Assembly (NCBI RefSeq): GCF_009914755.1
Contig: NC_060942.1
DNA length: 64,000 bases
DNA from: the human T2T-CHM13v2.0 reference genome, Homo sapiens
Direction: 5' to 3' (one strand)
This document shows, piece by piece, positions 30,161 through 44,175 of the stretch. Positions within the stretch are counted from its first letter, which is position 1; the number at the start of each line of letters is the position of its first letter. Under the pieces are notes generated by a model. That model was given only the letters and a program-made list of their open reading frames with translations, searched no databases and was not told where the DNA came from. The position numbers and the translations under genes were made by a program.

Positions 30161-32013
30161 GAACAAGGAAATCATCATCTGAACATATACCCCAAATGGT
30201 ATTTACTATATTCTTGCCGCTCCTTTCCACCTTTATTCATTGATCTCTTCATTCACAAGTATCTGTTAATGACCACTATATGATGGAGACTCTTGCAGGT
30301 GCTGAAGATATGGTGATGAACTAGATAAAGTTCCTGAGCTCCTAGTGATGAGATCTACCTAGTGGAAACTCAGGTTCTGCAATAGCCTCTTCCAGATGAG
30401 CCTCCTCTTAATTCGAGACGCACCTCCAGGTGAAATCTACTGATTCACAACATAAAGGGAAACTTAACTAGGGTTTCTCTTTTGGGTGTTTGTCCCCTTT
30501 CATCAACCAACTGGTAAGCTTCTCAAGATAAGAGACTATGATTTGTGCTTCTTTTATGCCTCAGTTTTTGGCACTTGGAAGTTTTATAATAAAGTCTTCT
30601 TGGTTGACTAATATTTTGGCCAAAGTGAAGAAATTGTAAATTTTGCCCCAAATACCTTTCCAGCAGCACCTGCCTTACTTTCACCTACCGTGTATCCTTC
30701 AAGGGGGTCAGAAACATGGATAAGGTCCCTTGCATTTTTAGCCATTTGCCGCTGTCTCTCTGGTTTATATATCCTATAAAAGTTGGATTTATTTACATTG
30801 TTCTTGGTTGGAATTCAGTTTGTACAGCCTTTCCTTTTGGAAGATTCCTGCAAATTTCCTCATACTTACTGCCATTCCTTAAGCTATGTTTCAGCACAGA
30901 GCTTTCTTTGTTCACAAGAATTCTGAGTGTCTTGCTGCAGCAGCTGCACATAACCTATACAGGAATGTGTCCATCGCTTTTTTGTGAAGGGGGATACATG
31001 TGTGGTTTCCGAACCCCTATGCCTCAATGAAAGGGTAGTAAAAAAAGTTTATGTCGATGAGAAGATTTTTGTTCCCTAATGCCAAAACAGCAGCAAGTCT
31101 GAACCAGAAATAACATGTGTATGAAGAGGAATGCACTTGCTTTGAGCAGCCAAAGTGTGGCAGCTCAGTCTATGAAAGCAACCTACTATTCAACATTGAT
31201 TGACTATTAGCATATTATAATTTAACCTTATATTGCAAAGATTCTTCATGTAAATGGTTGGGAAAAAATCTGTAGGCAATTATTGTTAATAACAAGCAAT
31301 TTACAGCATCCGGGGATCATAAAACCTGTTACAAATTAGTATGCAGTATCATTCAAAACACACCATCATGAAGGGGAAGAACAGAGAGGTTAAGGGGTTT
31401 CACAAAGACTCCACAGCCAATCACAGGGAACAATGCGATGACCAGAGGCTGGGGGTCAATGGAACTCATACTAGAAGCACCCAAATTCCAACACCAGAGC
31501 AATCCCATGACACTGCCGTCCTCCGCTCTCTTACATTCCCACATCACCCACTCATCAGATTCTTCTCTGTGGTCCATTAACCTTCAAAGAGTTGAGCAAA
31601 GACAGTCAAAGGCATCACAATAGATGTATGGAAACAGTGGGACTTGAACACCTGCATACAAGTAATGAACAACAAAAACAAAAAAACCTGACAAAAACCA
31701 ATTAGTCCCTAAGTAACAGATTATTTTAATCAGTATATAAGCAAGTAGATGTTGTCCACTGGGTACAAATGATTCTTCATTCTTCTCTCTTATTCTCTCT
31801 GTCAATAGATCTCTTCTGTAATTAGTCCCAAGTTAGAGAAACATAGTCAAAATAAAAATCAAGAGTACCTTTAAGTCCACAGAAACAAAGGAAAGATGTT
31901 CCTGTAGCTTTTTGGAGACATATGAAAAACTCCTGCATGACATACATTTGTGGAGAATGTATGACAGCCGTAGGGCCTGAGGTATCATTTGTGGGGGACT
32001 TAGGGTGACAGTC

Positions 32014-32313
32014 TTTTTTTTTTTTTTTTTTTGAGATGGAGTCTCACTCTGTTGCCCAGGTTGGACTGCAGTGGCATAATATGAGCTCACTGCATCCCCT
32101 GCCGCCCAGGTTCAAGCGATTCTCCTGCCTCAACCTCCCAAGTAGCTGGGATTACAGGTGCCTGCCACCACGCCCGGCTAATTTTTGTAGTTTTTAGTAG
32201 AGATGGAGTTTCACCATCTTGGCCAGGCTGGTCTTGAACTCCTGAACTTGTGATCCACCCACCTCGGCCTCCCAAAGTGTTGGGATTACAGGCATGAGCC
32301 ACTGCACCCAGCC
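32014..32313 (-). mobile_element. AluS
   Basis: Antisense dimer with a T tail. Confidence 0.95.
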
Positions 32314-34027
32314 AGCCAATAGTCTTAAGGTCAATAAGACTGGCAATTATATAGAAGTGGATGCTGTGTATAATCCTTATTTGAGGAAGAGAGCAAAAAT
32401 AGCTCTGAGTTCTTCCTTTCATTTTGCACAAAGAGAAATTATTCATTGGATTTATTTGCCATTAAGAGGCATCTTTGAATTGTGGGAGGTGTAACACCTT
32501 TCTTGAAAGAGTGCTCCCATATCTCCTGCCAGTTAAGCTTGTTAGTTGAATATGTAGCTCTGCTACGTGTAGCTTTGAGATCCTCTTATATAAAAGACAC
32601 CTAATCTTCCTGCTTGTCCTCACGCCAATTCCTTTTGCCATGAAACTACTAGTATAACCTAAATCAAAAGAAAATCTTTTGAACCCACAGATACAGCAGA
32701 TGAGACTGTTCTCAAGCCCACAGTCCTCTAGGGAGCTTTTTTTTTTTTTTTTTTTTGACTACTCAGTCCAGTCAATATAATCCAACGTAGTTCAATAAAA
32801 CTCTATGCCAGGATTTAAGGGCTAGCAAAGGAAACAGAAATAATCTCGCCCTCCAGAAGCTTGCAACATTCTTTTCCTCTCAAAATCCACTGTCCAAAAT
32901 GTCTGTACTATGCGTATGTTATTAGATATACATGGTCTTTATTTTTATTTAGCTTTTCAAGGGAGGCTATCTTGAGACTCTGTGCAGACAATTCTTCAAG
33001 GTCAGTAAATTTGCCATTTGTGTTCTCCAAAGCACCCAGCATAGTTCAAGGCCTATGGTAATCATAATTTAAGGCTACTCTACAAACATTTTTAGTCAAT
33101 CAATCAATCAATAAGAGTATTCATTGCATCTTTATAGGAAGTATTATATCAGGTTCCCGATCCTGCACTCATCTGAGGGGTTTCTATCTAAAGGATCAAA
33201 TAGGACATCCACAAGAGATCAAAGTTTTGTAACCATATGCCAGAGATTGGAAATTACCACTGTATTATAGATTTGGGATTATCTTGGAATTTTATGGCAT
33301 TTCCTACCCATCTTTCTTCTCACTAAAGTTATCTGCAAAAATCCTTGGGGAAGGAGAAATTGGCATCTTAAGTTTAATTGCATACCTAGAGTCAAACAAT
33401 AAGCAGGAGCAAGATATTTGGTCACATCACTATTGATATATAAAGAGCTTGATCGGCACCTTCTGTTTCAAAAATGTTGAAATTTACCACTATGAGGAAA
33501 AAGGATAAATACAAGTTTCTATATCACAGGATGTCTCAGAGCCTTTACCTGGCTATAGTACACCATAACTTTCCATGAGAAACATGTCTGTAATATTTCC
33601 TAAATATACTTGAAAATGGGACTCATATTTTCAAAATACCTTGTATGACTGGTGTTCCACAAAACATAAATTGGACTAATCTATGAGGTTTACAATACAC
33701 GAGATCCGTCCTTCAATGACTGTACAAAATGCAACTCCACTTCTTTGTCAATCTGAACAACTTTAGAAAATGTGTGTAAGTAGAAATTTGCAATAACTTT
33801 CACCTCTACATTGAAAACAAAAAAACTCTTTACTCTTTTTACAGGCTGATATGTGACTTTTCTCCAAACATCCTTCAAAACCATCTCTCTGATCTGATTC
33901 TACACAGTAGTGTATGCCCAGCAGGCTTTCTTGCATCTGTGTTTCCAGAGAAGCCATGGTAGCCTATATGTACAGTTCTTTTAGATGATAATTAAGGATT
34001 AATTGGATTAATTAGAAAACATTTTTA

Positions 34028-34710
34028 GGACCAGCCACAGTGGCTCACACCTGTAATCCTAGCAATTTGAGAGGCCAAGGCAAGAGGATTACTTGAGCCC
34101 AGGAGTTAGAGACTAGCCTGGGCAATGTGGTGAGACCACATTATATGGTTAGGCTTTTTGTCCCCACCTAAATCTCATCCTGAATTGTAATCCTCATAAT
34201 CCGCACATGTCAAGGGAGAGACTAGGTGGAGGTAATTGAATCACAGGGGCAGTTTCCTCCACGCTGTTCTCGTTTCGTGATAGTGAGTGAATTCTCACGA
34301 GATCTGATGGTTTCCCTCTTTCTTCAGCACTTCTGCTTCCTGCCGCCTTTTGAAGAAAGTGCCTTGCTTCTCCTTCACCTTCCACCATGTGTATTTCCTG
34401 AGGCCAACCCAGCCATGCTGAACTGTGAGTCAATTAAACCTCTTTCTTTTATAAATTACCCAGTCTCGGAAAGTTCTTTATAGCAATACGAAAACGGACT
34501 AATATACCTTGTCTCTACAAAAATAAAAAAAACTTAGCCAGTTGTGGTGGTGCACACCAGTGGTCACAGATACTCAGGAGGCTGAGACAGGAGGATCATT
34601 TGAGCTTGGGAAGTCAAGACTGCAGTGAGCCGTGATTACACCACTGCATTCCAGAGATAGAGGGAGACAGTGCCTCAAAAAAGAAAAAAAGAAAGAAAGA
34701 AAGAAAAGAA
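34028..34710 (+). mobile_element. AluJ interrupted by a THE1 solo LTR
   Basis: Left arm runs to 34140 and the Alu resumes at 34507; TSD agaaaacatttttag / agaaaacattttaag. Confidence 0.9.
34141..34506 (+). mobile_element. THE1 (THE1C/D-like) MaLR solo LTR
   Basis: Starts ttatatggttaggcttt...aaatctcat and ends caattaaacctctttc...aaattacccagtctcgg...aaaacggactaatata. Confidence 0.9.
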
Positions 34711-35354
34711 AACATTTTAAGACACCAAGATCTAGACCTTGTATATCATGCTCAAACATGGTATATTTCAGGGTAAATGATAACAGCAAATAGAGATAAA
34801 ATCCTGATGGCCTCACTAATGAGAGTTCCTTGATTTCATGTTTTGTGTTACTTTTGTAACCACCTTGCTCTTCATCATGTCCAAGTCTGTTTTTGTTGAA
34901 GAATTAACATCAAAGCAAAATATGTGACAAGGTTCTTACTTTTAACAACTTTCTTAATTAAACTCATCAAGTTCCTTCTTTTCCTCAAGTTGAAAATTTA
35001 TGTCCTCACCCAAAGGTACCATATGCCCCTGAGTTTTAGGATGCTCAAACCATATACCCTGCTGCTTATTGTTTTAAAAACTAAACACATTCACACCCGA
35101 AATAACTACAAAGCCTGTCTCCAAGCCACACACCAATCAGACAATGCCTGTTTGAATTCACCACTAATTGATTGCATGCACTAGACACATGGAAAAAAGT
35201 ACGTTGCTGCAGTGTTTCCTAATGACTTCCAGAACTGAACTCTTCAGAACGTCGTGAATCACAGCAAGCATGTGTCTAGGTTGCAATTGGGAGATTGTTT
35301 AATTATTTACTTTTAATATAGGCTCTTTGCAAAGGAATGTTTTCTGAGATCTTT

Positions 35355-35515
35355 GTTACTCAAAGTGCTGCCCTAAGACCAGCAGCATCAGCGTTCTGCG
35401 GAGCTGTGGTAGAAATGCTAAACTAAACTCCACCCAAACCTCGTGAGTCACAATTGCCAGTTCGGCAAGGAGCTCAGGTGATTCTTATTCACATTAAAGT
35501 TGAAGAAGCCCTGAA
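35355..35515. mobile_element. MER5A-type DNA transposon
   Basis: actcaaagtg...gaccagcagcatcagc...caggtgattcttattcacattaaagttgaagaagccctg. Confidence 0.75.
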
Positions 35516-35898
35516 ACCTGGGAGACTTTTGGTCAAATTTCCCTTTCTAGGCTTGAAGCCCATTCACATTTATTGTACAGTAAATGATTTTTTTCCTTTC
35601 CTACAAACATAAAAATATATTGTTAACAAATCATGGTATTGTATTAATAATACAAGGAATATGAGAGATTTTCCCATGATGAATATTGGATGTTGCAACA
35701 AGCAGAGAATGTAATGATTGCAAAGTTCCCTTAGGAAATCTTTCTTATTTAACAGTGTGCTTGTTTACTTCAATGTGGCCACTAAGTTGTAGAGGTGTCT
35801 GTTGACCTCACGTCATGCAAAGTCATGAGTCAATGATTGGCTTTCATAGAAGTCAATCATTTATGTTTCAGAGAGGTAATAAAAAAAAGGCCTAAACA

Positions 35899-36275
<377 letters not shown>

Positions 36276-36651
36276 TTATTTTAAGTCAGGGGCTGAACCG
36301 ATGTGGGTAATACCTAAGTGATGTTTAACACTCTGAAGATCGAGAATGACAGCATTGTAGAATAATGTACTGATCTCCATCTTTGGTGTGATAGTTCTGC
36401 TTTACTGTTTATATTTGTAAGTCCTGGAATTTGGCCTAGACTAGAAGAGTCATCCACTGATTGGATAACACAAAAAGCTGAAAGGAACAAGGTGTAATGC
36501 TCAAGAAAAGCCTTCGATTGTTAACAACTTCAGATTTTGTTCAGTTTTTTTTAATCCCCTTCAAATTAGTCACCTGAAGAGGCCCACACTTTTTTGTTCC
36601 TGCAGTGTTGTTATCAGAAACATTCTTTTCTAACTTATCTTTTAAAACTTG

Positions 36652-36790
36652 GGCCAGGTGCGGTGGCTTATGCTTATAAACCCAGTGCTTTGGGAGGCTA
36701 AGGCAGGAAGATCACTTAAGGCCTGGAGTCCAAGACATGCCTGGACAACAGAGCAAGACTTGTCTCTGAAAAAAAAAAGAAAGAAAGAAA
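36652..36790 (+). mobile_element. FLAM (free left Alu monomer)
   Basis: A single Alu arm runs directly into an A-rich tail. Confidence 0.8.
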
Positions 36791-37699
36791 ACTGCCCTCA
36801 AAATGATCTCATGAGACTCACAGGGAAATGATATGACTGGTTATTAAATTTTGAACTTTGTTATCACACCTTATCACCCACACTTAGCTCTTAGTGATCT
36901 TGAACTATTTCTCTGTAATTTAGAAACCAGCCCTAAAATAAAGCTTGCACCACTTGGTTGTTTAAAAGCTTGTCCCCAGCTTTGTTATTCCAATAGAGGA
37001 ATTCCATAGCAGCTTTGGCCAGCAGCAAAATAAGAACAGCTTCCTCATTCTCAGTTTCTCTTTGTGGAGATAGAAAATACTCAGATTAAGATGTTCAAGT
37101 GTGTGGTAATTCTGGTAAGTTTTGGCAAAAACTATCAATTCAGTCTACAGTCATGTCTTATCATGTATAGTATTCATCTAATTTTGTATATGATGAATTA
37201 CGTAACTGGTGAATTGTCAAAAGTTTTCTCCATCTCTGAAAAAGGCGTAATTCCCACTCCTCTGCCCTAGCTCCCTATAAAGTAAAACCAGAAAAGGAGT
37301 CAGTGAGCTGTCACAGAGAGGTCCACTATATGAATAAAGGGGTGTGTGTGTGGTGTGTATGTGTGTGTGTGTGTGGTGTAGGTATGTTTCTAAATGCACA
37401 CTCATAACCATACCACACCACTTTGTCTAGTTTTCCTGTGCTTGCAAGTCAATTGTGATATTCTCAATGTCTGTTTCAATGATGGCTCAGTGAAGAGTCT
37501 TCATCCATTTCTTATCTCTGAATCTTCTCAGGATATGGGCTGGACTGTCACAGAGTGTGCGGGCTGGTGCCCATAAGAGGCTATCTCTGAGGTTCTGTGT
37601 CAAGAGTCTGCCAACCCTCTTTCCCACTTTTCCCAGTATCCATTTTCCCTATTTTCCTCAATATCAGAAATATGCTTATCTGATTATATAGCCATTATA

Positions 37700-38150
37700 C
37701 AGCCACCCACACACCCCAGGAAAAAACGGGGAGGAAGTGCTAGATTTTCCCAGCCTTTCTTGCAGCTAACTGAGTCATGCAGCTGATTTCTGGTCAATAC
37801 CCCGGTGGCAGAAGTTGTGTGTACATCTTCCAGAAAGCATCCTTAAAGGCCAGCAGCTTATCCTCATAGACCTCTCTTTTCCTTTTTACTGACTGGAATA
37901 TAAATTTAATAGCTGGAGCTCCAGCAGCTACTTTGAACCATAAGAATCATTACAAACAAAAGTCACAAATGGGAGAAAAAGACTTTATTCTAAAAAATAA
38001 ATGGGAGAGAAGGAACTTTAATACCATGGCCTGCCATACCAGCCCCAGACTACAGAACTTGATATGGCAGAGAAAGAAACTTTGAACTTAAGTTGCTACT
38101 ATTATTTTAGGTTATTGTATTACTTATGGCTAAACCTAATAGAAGCTGAC
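37700..38150. mobile_element. MLT1-type MaLR LTR
   Basis: tttcccagcctttcttgcagcta...gctggagctccagcagctactttgaaccat...cagccccagactac. Confidence 0.65.
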
Positions 38151-38829
38151 AAAACCTCTTGTGTGTGATATTGGGCTCCTCAATCAGGGTAGGGATGTCT
38201 TTCTCCTAGTTTCTCTAAATAGTGGCTAGTTCATTAATTATTAGCTAGGCCACTTTAATTGACAATTTATCAAGAATTGTCTTCAGTATTTCTTGTTGTC
38301 ATTGTCTTTTTAAATTCATATTTAAAGCACTAATTTCAGTTCAACTTCTGTGTACTTTCATTTATTAAACCTTGCTTTTTCAACTAAATTGGAAGCTTCT
38401 TCCATTGTTGACTCACATCCAGGGATTCCAGATATTTAAGCCTCAGTGATAACTCAGGGAGACATTTAGCACCTCGTGTTGAAATTTGAAATGCATTTGT
38501 GTTTTTTAGAGATAGGCTGTACATTTGTATACAGAGTTACTAAAAAGTAAGTTAGCATGTGGTTTAAAAGCTTGGTTTGAATCCCCTATATTGAATTAGG
38601 TGAGTTACTTACCCTCACCATGTCTTGGTTTCCTCATCTGGAAGATGAAAAAAATCATAGATGAAAAAAATATACATGAAGGTTAAAAATATAAAATCCT
38701 CTCTTAGGAAGAAGTTATCATAATTAGTCTCATTTATAGGTGAGGAAGTGGATTCTTCAAGGTAATAGATTAGGGAGAGGTGACAGCAGTGTTCTCATTT
38801 TTTTTCAAGTGAAGACGAGAATAGAATAG

Positions 38830-39065
38830 TCCTATGAGTGTCTTACAGTTGTATAGAACTTTACAGTTCATAAATCACTTTGCCCCTCCTATCTGATTTA
38901 ATTCTCATGTGAACCCAGAAGAAACAGATATGATCTAACGCCAATTTACAAAACAGGAAACCAAAGATCAGAGAGGTAAAGTGGCTTTCCCAGGATTACA
39001 TAGATAGTAAGTAGCTGACCCATTTATTCTGGGTCCAAATCCAATTGGTCTTCCTACTATTTCAT
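38830..39065. mobile_element. MIR SINE (a further MIR fragment lies at about 38550-38650)
   Basis: tttaattctcatg...ggaaaccaaagatcagagaggtaaagtggctttcccagg. Confidence 0.75.
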
Positions 39066-41495
39066 GCTGTACAATCTCGAAAATCTTAGCATAGGTCAGT
39101 AGCAGAATTTAAGGCCCAACAATCTGATTTTTGTCAAGCTTTCTGGGAAAGGTCAAATGAGGAGTACCTAGAATCGCACATTATCTGACTACCAAAAGAT
39201 TTGTCCACATCCTATGAGAAAGCTGAAAGAATGCATGGGAATATAACCCAACAATTCTACTCTCAATGCACATATATTATCTATGGGTAGGCACCAAGTC
39301 TATGTTTACCCTTAGGAGGCACAATAAGAAACAACTTGAATTTATCTAGGAAAAAAAAACTTGATTTTTTCCCCCTGATCAAAGGAATAAGCCAGAATTG
39401 TCTAAACCTTCCTTCCTCAAATGCCGAGATGAGCATTTCCTTTCATCAAGTATCCCAGCAATTTCTTTCCTACAGTTAAATCTTGAGTGTGGACCCTGTG
39501 GACATCCAATGACCTGGAATATAGAGGCGCTATCCCAGAAGATCTGGGCCCAGGTGCAGAACAAACCAATGCTCTTCCTAATGTGTTCCTCTTTTCAGTA
39601 ACAATAAAAAGTTATAATCACTTTTTTAATCAGTTTTCCCCATTTGGATAAGCACAGTCCATGGCTCTCTCTGGTCCTAAACATGCTGTTCATGCCTGTT
39701 AATGACCAGCCCCCATCGTTTACTAAGCACATGCTCATCTCACTTTGGTGAATTAATATTGGCACTTAGCTCACTTATAAAGGCTATTTATTATCAATTT
39801 TTCAAATTAGCAGTTGATTGGCATTCAGTATAACTTCTTTTGGGGGCAGGGTCTTGATGTACAGCTAATTAAACTAAGGAATTCATCTGTTCAAAAGTTA
39901 GAAGAATTAGAATTGTGAAAAAATAACATTTTTTGCCTCAAAATTGCTATACTCATATGTATAAAGTTTCTATATAATGTGATGAAATAATTATTGTAAT
40001 TAGCAACTTAATTTGAATTTAGATGCAATTTGTTTTTTTTCTTTTTAGAAATCTAAATTAATTCCCTGGGAAACTGATGAGAATTTTTCAAAGTAGAAAT
40101 AAATGCCTGTAATAAATCAAGAGATAAGGGAACAGGCAGAGATTATTCTGCAATTAAAGTTTACTAAATTAATTCCACTTAAACTCCTTGGAGTTTAATG
40201 TGAAAAAACTAGGAAGTGTGTGTATCTTCTTGGATTAAAAAATTCACACTGAAAATTTAAAGGCAAAGAAGAGAAAAGAACCATGTAATCACTATTTCCC
40301 TAAACACTAATCAGAAAATGAATGTACATATCCTTCTCACAGTTTGATATTAAAAATATAAATAAAAGGCACCAAACTTGAGTAAATTAAATGGAAGCGT
40401 GGACAGGTGATTGGAAGTTGAATGTGAATATTTGTTTTACCCAAATGAATCTAAATTTCATTAGTTGATAATTAAAAGGAAATTATACAGACATTACAAT
40501 TACTGGCAATGGCATAAATTATGAAGCAGTATGGCAAAACAATTTAGGAACTCACATTGCTGTTACTATTGTCAAACTGGTTACCAGAGAAACCTAGGAT
40601 AAATAATATACTCTGTGACTATGGAAATGAGGCCTTGATGTGTTGCTAAGCTGTTAAAGCTAATGTCATTGTGTAAAACAATAATGTTAAACATTATTAG
40701 TTTTTTAATTATGTCAGTTAATTAGGATTGTTCCTGTTAATTGCTTATGATTCATCTCCAGATGAAAAATGCTCAAGTAAGAGCTTTCGCTTTTTCTCTC
40801 CAACATACCATCTAAAATAAGGCCGGAGTTTTGTACAGCTGAATTTTACAAGCACCATTAGCCTGGGCAACATTGGGAATCATGGCCAAATTCATCCATA
40901 ATAAAAGATACATTAATAAAAACATAGTATTAAGGAAGATAAGAATACAGAGCCATCATTTTATCACACTGGACTAAAAGATTGACCCTTGATTCCCAAT
41001 CGTTGCTTTTACATCAAATATTTTTATATCAAATCTAAAGCAAATGTGATTTGGGCAGACTATTTGACATTTTCCTAGCCTATAAAATACCAAAACATTG
41101 AACTTCTGTTAATTCAGCTTCTTCTTTATATTTCATGAACTCAGAAAAAGTTTATATATCTTAATTTTACTTGTATTGTTCAATACGTATTGAGTATCAT
41201 AGTGTTTGATTAAAAGACTACGTTAAACACTGGATATCCGGTTACAGGAAAATAGGAGCATGAGCCTTCCCTTGTAGGACTTAGGGTTTAAAACCACAAA
41301 GGCACCAGTATATCACTTACTGCAGTTGAGACCATCAAAACCTTAAAACCATATCACAGCGTCATGGCCAGAATACCAACAAACTAAGTCTAACCTTCTC
41401 AGCTTCCCCCATCTAGAATAAAAGCAGAAATGCTTGTTCATGAAGTTTTGGTCTGCTACTATATTCCTAGTGCCCAGATGGCGGTTTATTATAGG

Positions 41496-41743
41496 TGTTT
41501 ACTTCATATTTGTTGAATTGATAAATTGACTATTACTGGAAAAGCAAAAAAAAATATCAAATGAGCTTCTCCAGAGCAATTTTGTTTGGTATTAAACTTT
41601 AATAATGTAACACCAAGAGAGTTTATGAAGAAAACACATTTTTTTAAAAAAAAGTTAATTTTTCAGTGTTTGTACTTTACGATTAGGTATAAGAAATGTT
41701 ACAGAATTTGTGCTTATATTCTGATGAGAAGTCTTTGTTTTTG
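41496..41743 (+). repeat. Donor segment of a dispersed local duplication (copy at 44845-45133)
   Basis: Near-identical to 44845-45133; it begins within the 3' tail of an L2-like fragment (about 41400-41530). Confidence 0.97.
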
Positions 41744-41869
41744 AAATATCTAAAGTTTTCAGTGGAAGAGGGGCTTTCAGAGAATAATTGTATCACAATA
41801 AAATGATATCTATAATATAATTGCACCACTTCCTACAATATGCAGTAGCAAGAATGACTCATCTCTGTG

Positions 41870-42560
41870 GAATTTTAGAATTTCAGAAATCTTAGAAGTC
41901 ATTTGGTTCAACCACTCTTCCCATTCTCTTTATATTATCCCCATTTAGAAGTCACTCAGTATCTCTGAATAGCTCCAGAGGCAAGAAATTCACCATCTGT
42001 CCAAGAATCCCATTCCATCACTGGACAGTTCTGGCTGATGGAAATATTTTTCTAAATTCACCTCAAATAAATTTAGCTACAAACTTTATGTGTTAGTCCC
42101 AAGTCTACCCTTTGGAGCCTCACAGGACATATGGCATTTATTAGATACTGATAAATTTTTAAACCTTTAATAAATATATGAAATAAACATTTGAAAATGG
42201 CCCTTTTTATCCCCAAGCTCTTAGCTAAACAAACCATTTATTTCAAATATTTCTTGATGATGTTAAGCCCCCTTTTCTTTTTTTGTCTCTTTCCTTCAGA
42301 ATGACTCCAATTTATCTATGAAATGCAAAGCCTAGAAATGAGTACCAATTCACCCTTTCTCTTCTGGTGGGCAGAGCAGAACAGGATGAACACCTCCCTC
42401 CTATTGAATATTATTCTTCTTACTCTGAGATCACATCTGCAGTTTTGGTGACGGCACCATGCTCTTGATTCATATTGCACTTTAAATCAGAAGAAAAACA
42501 GTCTTTTTCACATGCGCTATTGGTTCCCTATGTTCCCCACTCTCTCCCAGTCTATACTCT
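41870..42560. mobile_element. L3/CR1 LINE fragment
   Basis: cttagaagtcatttggttcaacc...cccattccatcactggacagttctggctgatggaaatatttttct...ctaccctttggagcctcacag. Confidence 0.65.
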
Positions 42561-42796
42561 GCATGTTTGGGAGGTCATTGGGGCCCATGTATAGAATCTT
42601 ATGTTTATTTTTATGAGGTTCCACCTTATTAGATGAAGGCATAGAGTTAGAGGTTATTTCATCAAATCTTCTGTTTAAAAGGGGCAAAAACTGACAACCC
42701 CACAAAAGTGAAAGGACTTCCTCAGGTTCCACAATCCACAATTGGAGGAGCCAGAATTCCAACTCAGGTTTCTGATTCAGTATTTTCCCCCAGGTC

Positions 42797-43005
42797 CGTG
42801 TTCTTAATGTGTGGTGCACAGGCTGGTAGCATCAAGATCACCTGAGAACTTGTTAAAAACGCGAATTTTGGGTCCCCACTTCAATCAACTGAATTAGAAT
42901 CAGTTGGGACCGGGAGGTAGAGGGTGGTGGTTGGAACTCAGCGATTTGTGGTTTTACAAGCCCACCTCATGACTTTGATGCACCTTAATGTTTGAGACCC
43001 ACTGT
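42797..43005. mobile_element. MER5A DNA transposon
   Basis: agcatcaagatcacctgagaacttgttaaaaacgcgaatt...actgaattagaatc...tttgagacccactg. Confidence 0.8.
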
Positions 43006-43716
43006 TCTACACCATGTGCCTTCACACTGTTGCAAAAGCCCACTCCGAGTTTCTAACCCATCAACCTAGTTAGGAACCTTTATTCTGCCATCAAATGTGT
43101 GAGAGCTCTCTCTCAACCTCTTATCATGTTCAGGGGAAAGCAAAACTCAGGAAGACAAGTCACTCCTTCCCTCCATGGGGAGAAAAAGGAGGAAGAAAGA
43201 ACTCCCAGAGGAGAAAAGTTCCCTGGATCACCGGGCTCTTTTCTTCCTATCCACCATGACCACTGCTGGCAAAGAAAACCAGTACTCCTTGCTTTTGGTT
43301 TTAATGAGTTCTTGGAAACCCTTTTAAAATTTGAGTTGTCAAAAATCAGGCAATAAGTTTTTATAGAAATCATGTATCTGTTGAGAGTTATGTTCCAAAC
43401 CAAAAGTTTTGCCTTAAATAAATCATAGTTGTAATCAACTTTTAGGACACAAAGTGCAACTATAAAGCTTGATGTTAATCAGAATTCCTACAGTACACTC
43501 CAAGCACCAAAAATAGTCAGAAAATTCTCTGCATAATGGAAGGGAAACATTGTATTAAGTAGAGCATACATAACACATAAAAATTCAACTGGTTATAACA
43601 TCATTTTGAGCTACCAAAGCTGATCTTAATTAAAACAAAAAAAGTTTTTGCCTTCTTAACTTTATAGACTTTCTAGACTATATGAGTGACATAAGTTTGA
43701 AAAATGTCTCAGGGGA

Positions 43717-44175
43717 GTCCAGGCGTGGTAGCTCACACCTGTAATCCCAGCACTTTGGCAGGCAGAGGTGGGCAGATCACCTGCCCCCTCCGGCTGGGTC
43801 AAAGAAGGTAGTATTAAGGTTGCAGTCTGTTAATAGTATAGTAATGCCAGAGGTCAGGAGTTTGAGACCAGCCTGGCCAACATGGTGAAACCCTATCTCT
43901 ACTAAATATGTACATGTATATATACATATATATATATGTATATATATGTGTGTGTGTATGTGTGTGTGTGTATGTATACATATATATGAAGCTGGGTGTG
44001 GTGGTGGGTACCTGTAATCCCAGCTACTCAGGAGGCTGAGGCAAGAGAATCACTTGAACCCAGGAGGCAGACGTGGCAGTGAGCCACGATCACACCACTG
44101 CACTCCAGCCTGGGCAACGGAGTGAGCCTCCATCTCAAAAAAATAGAATAAAATATAAATATAAATAAATAAAAA
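43717..44175 (+). mobile_element. AluS (Sx-like) carrying a 67-bp NUMT and a (TA)/(TG) microsatellite in its linker
   Basis: The Alu reads continuously as GATCACCTG|AGGTCAGGAG once 43784-43850 is removed. The linker is replaced by TA/TG repeats (about 43906-43988). Degenerate TSD aaaaatgtctcaggg / aaaaagtcccaggg. Confidence 0.95.
43784..43850 (-). pseudogene. MT-CO1: Micro-NUMT: 67-bp fragment of mitochondrial cytochrome c oxidase subunit I
   Basis: The reverse complement CTGGCATTACTATACTATTAACAGACTGCAACCTTAATACTACCTTCTTTGACCCAGCCGGAGGGGG translates (vertebrate mitochondrial code) as [21 protein letters not shown]. This matches the conserved COX1 motif [22 protein letters not shown]. Confidence 0.95.
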
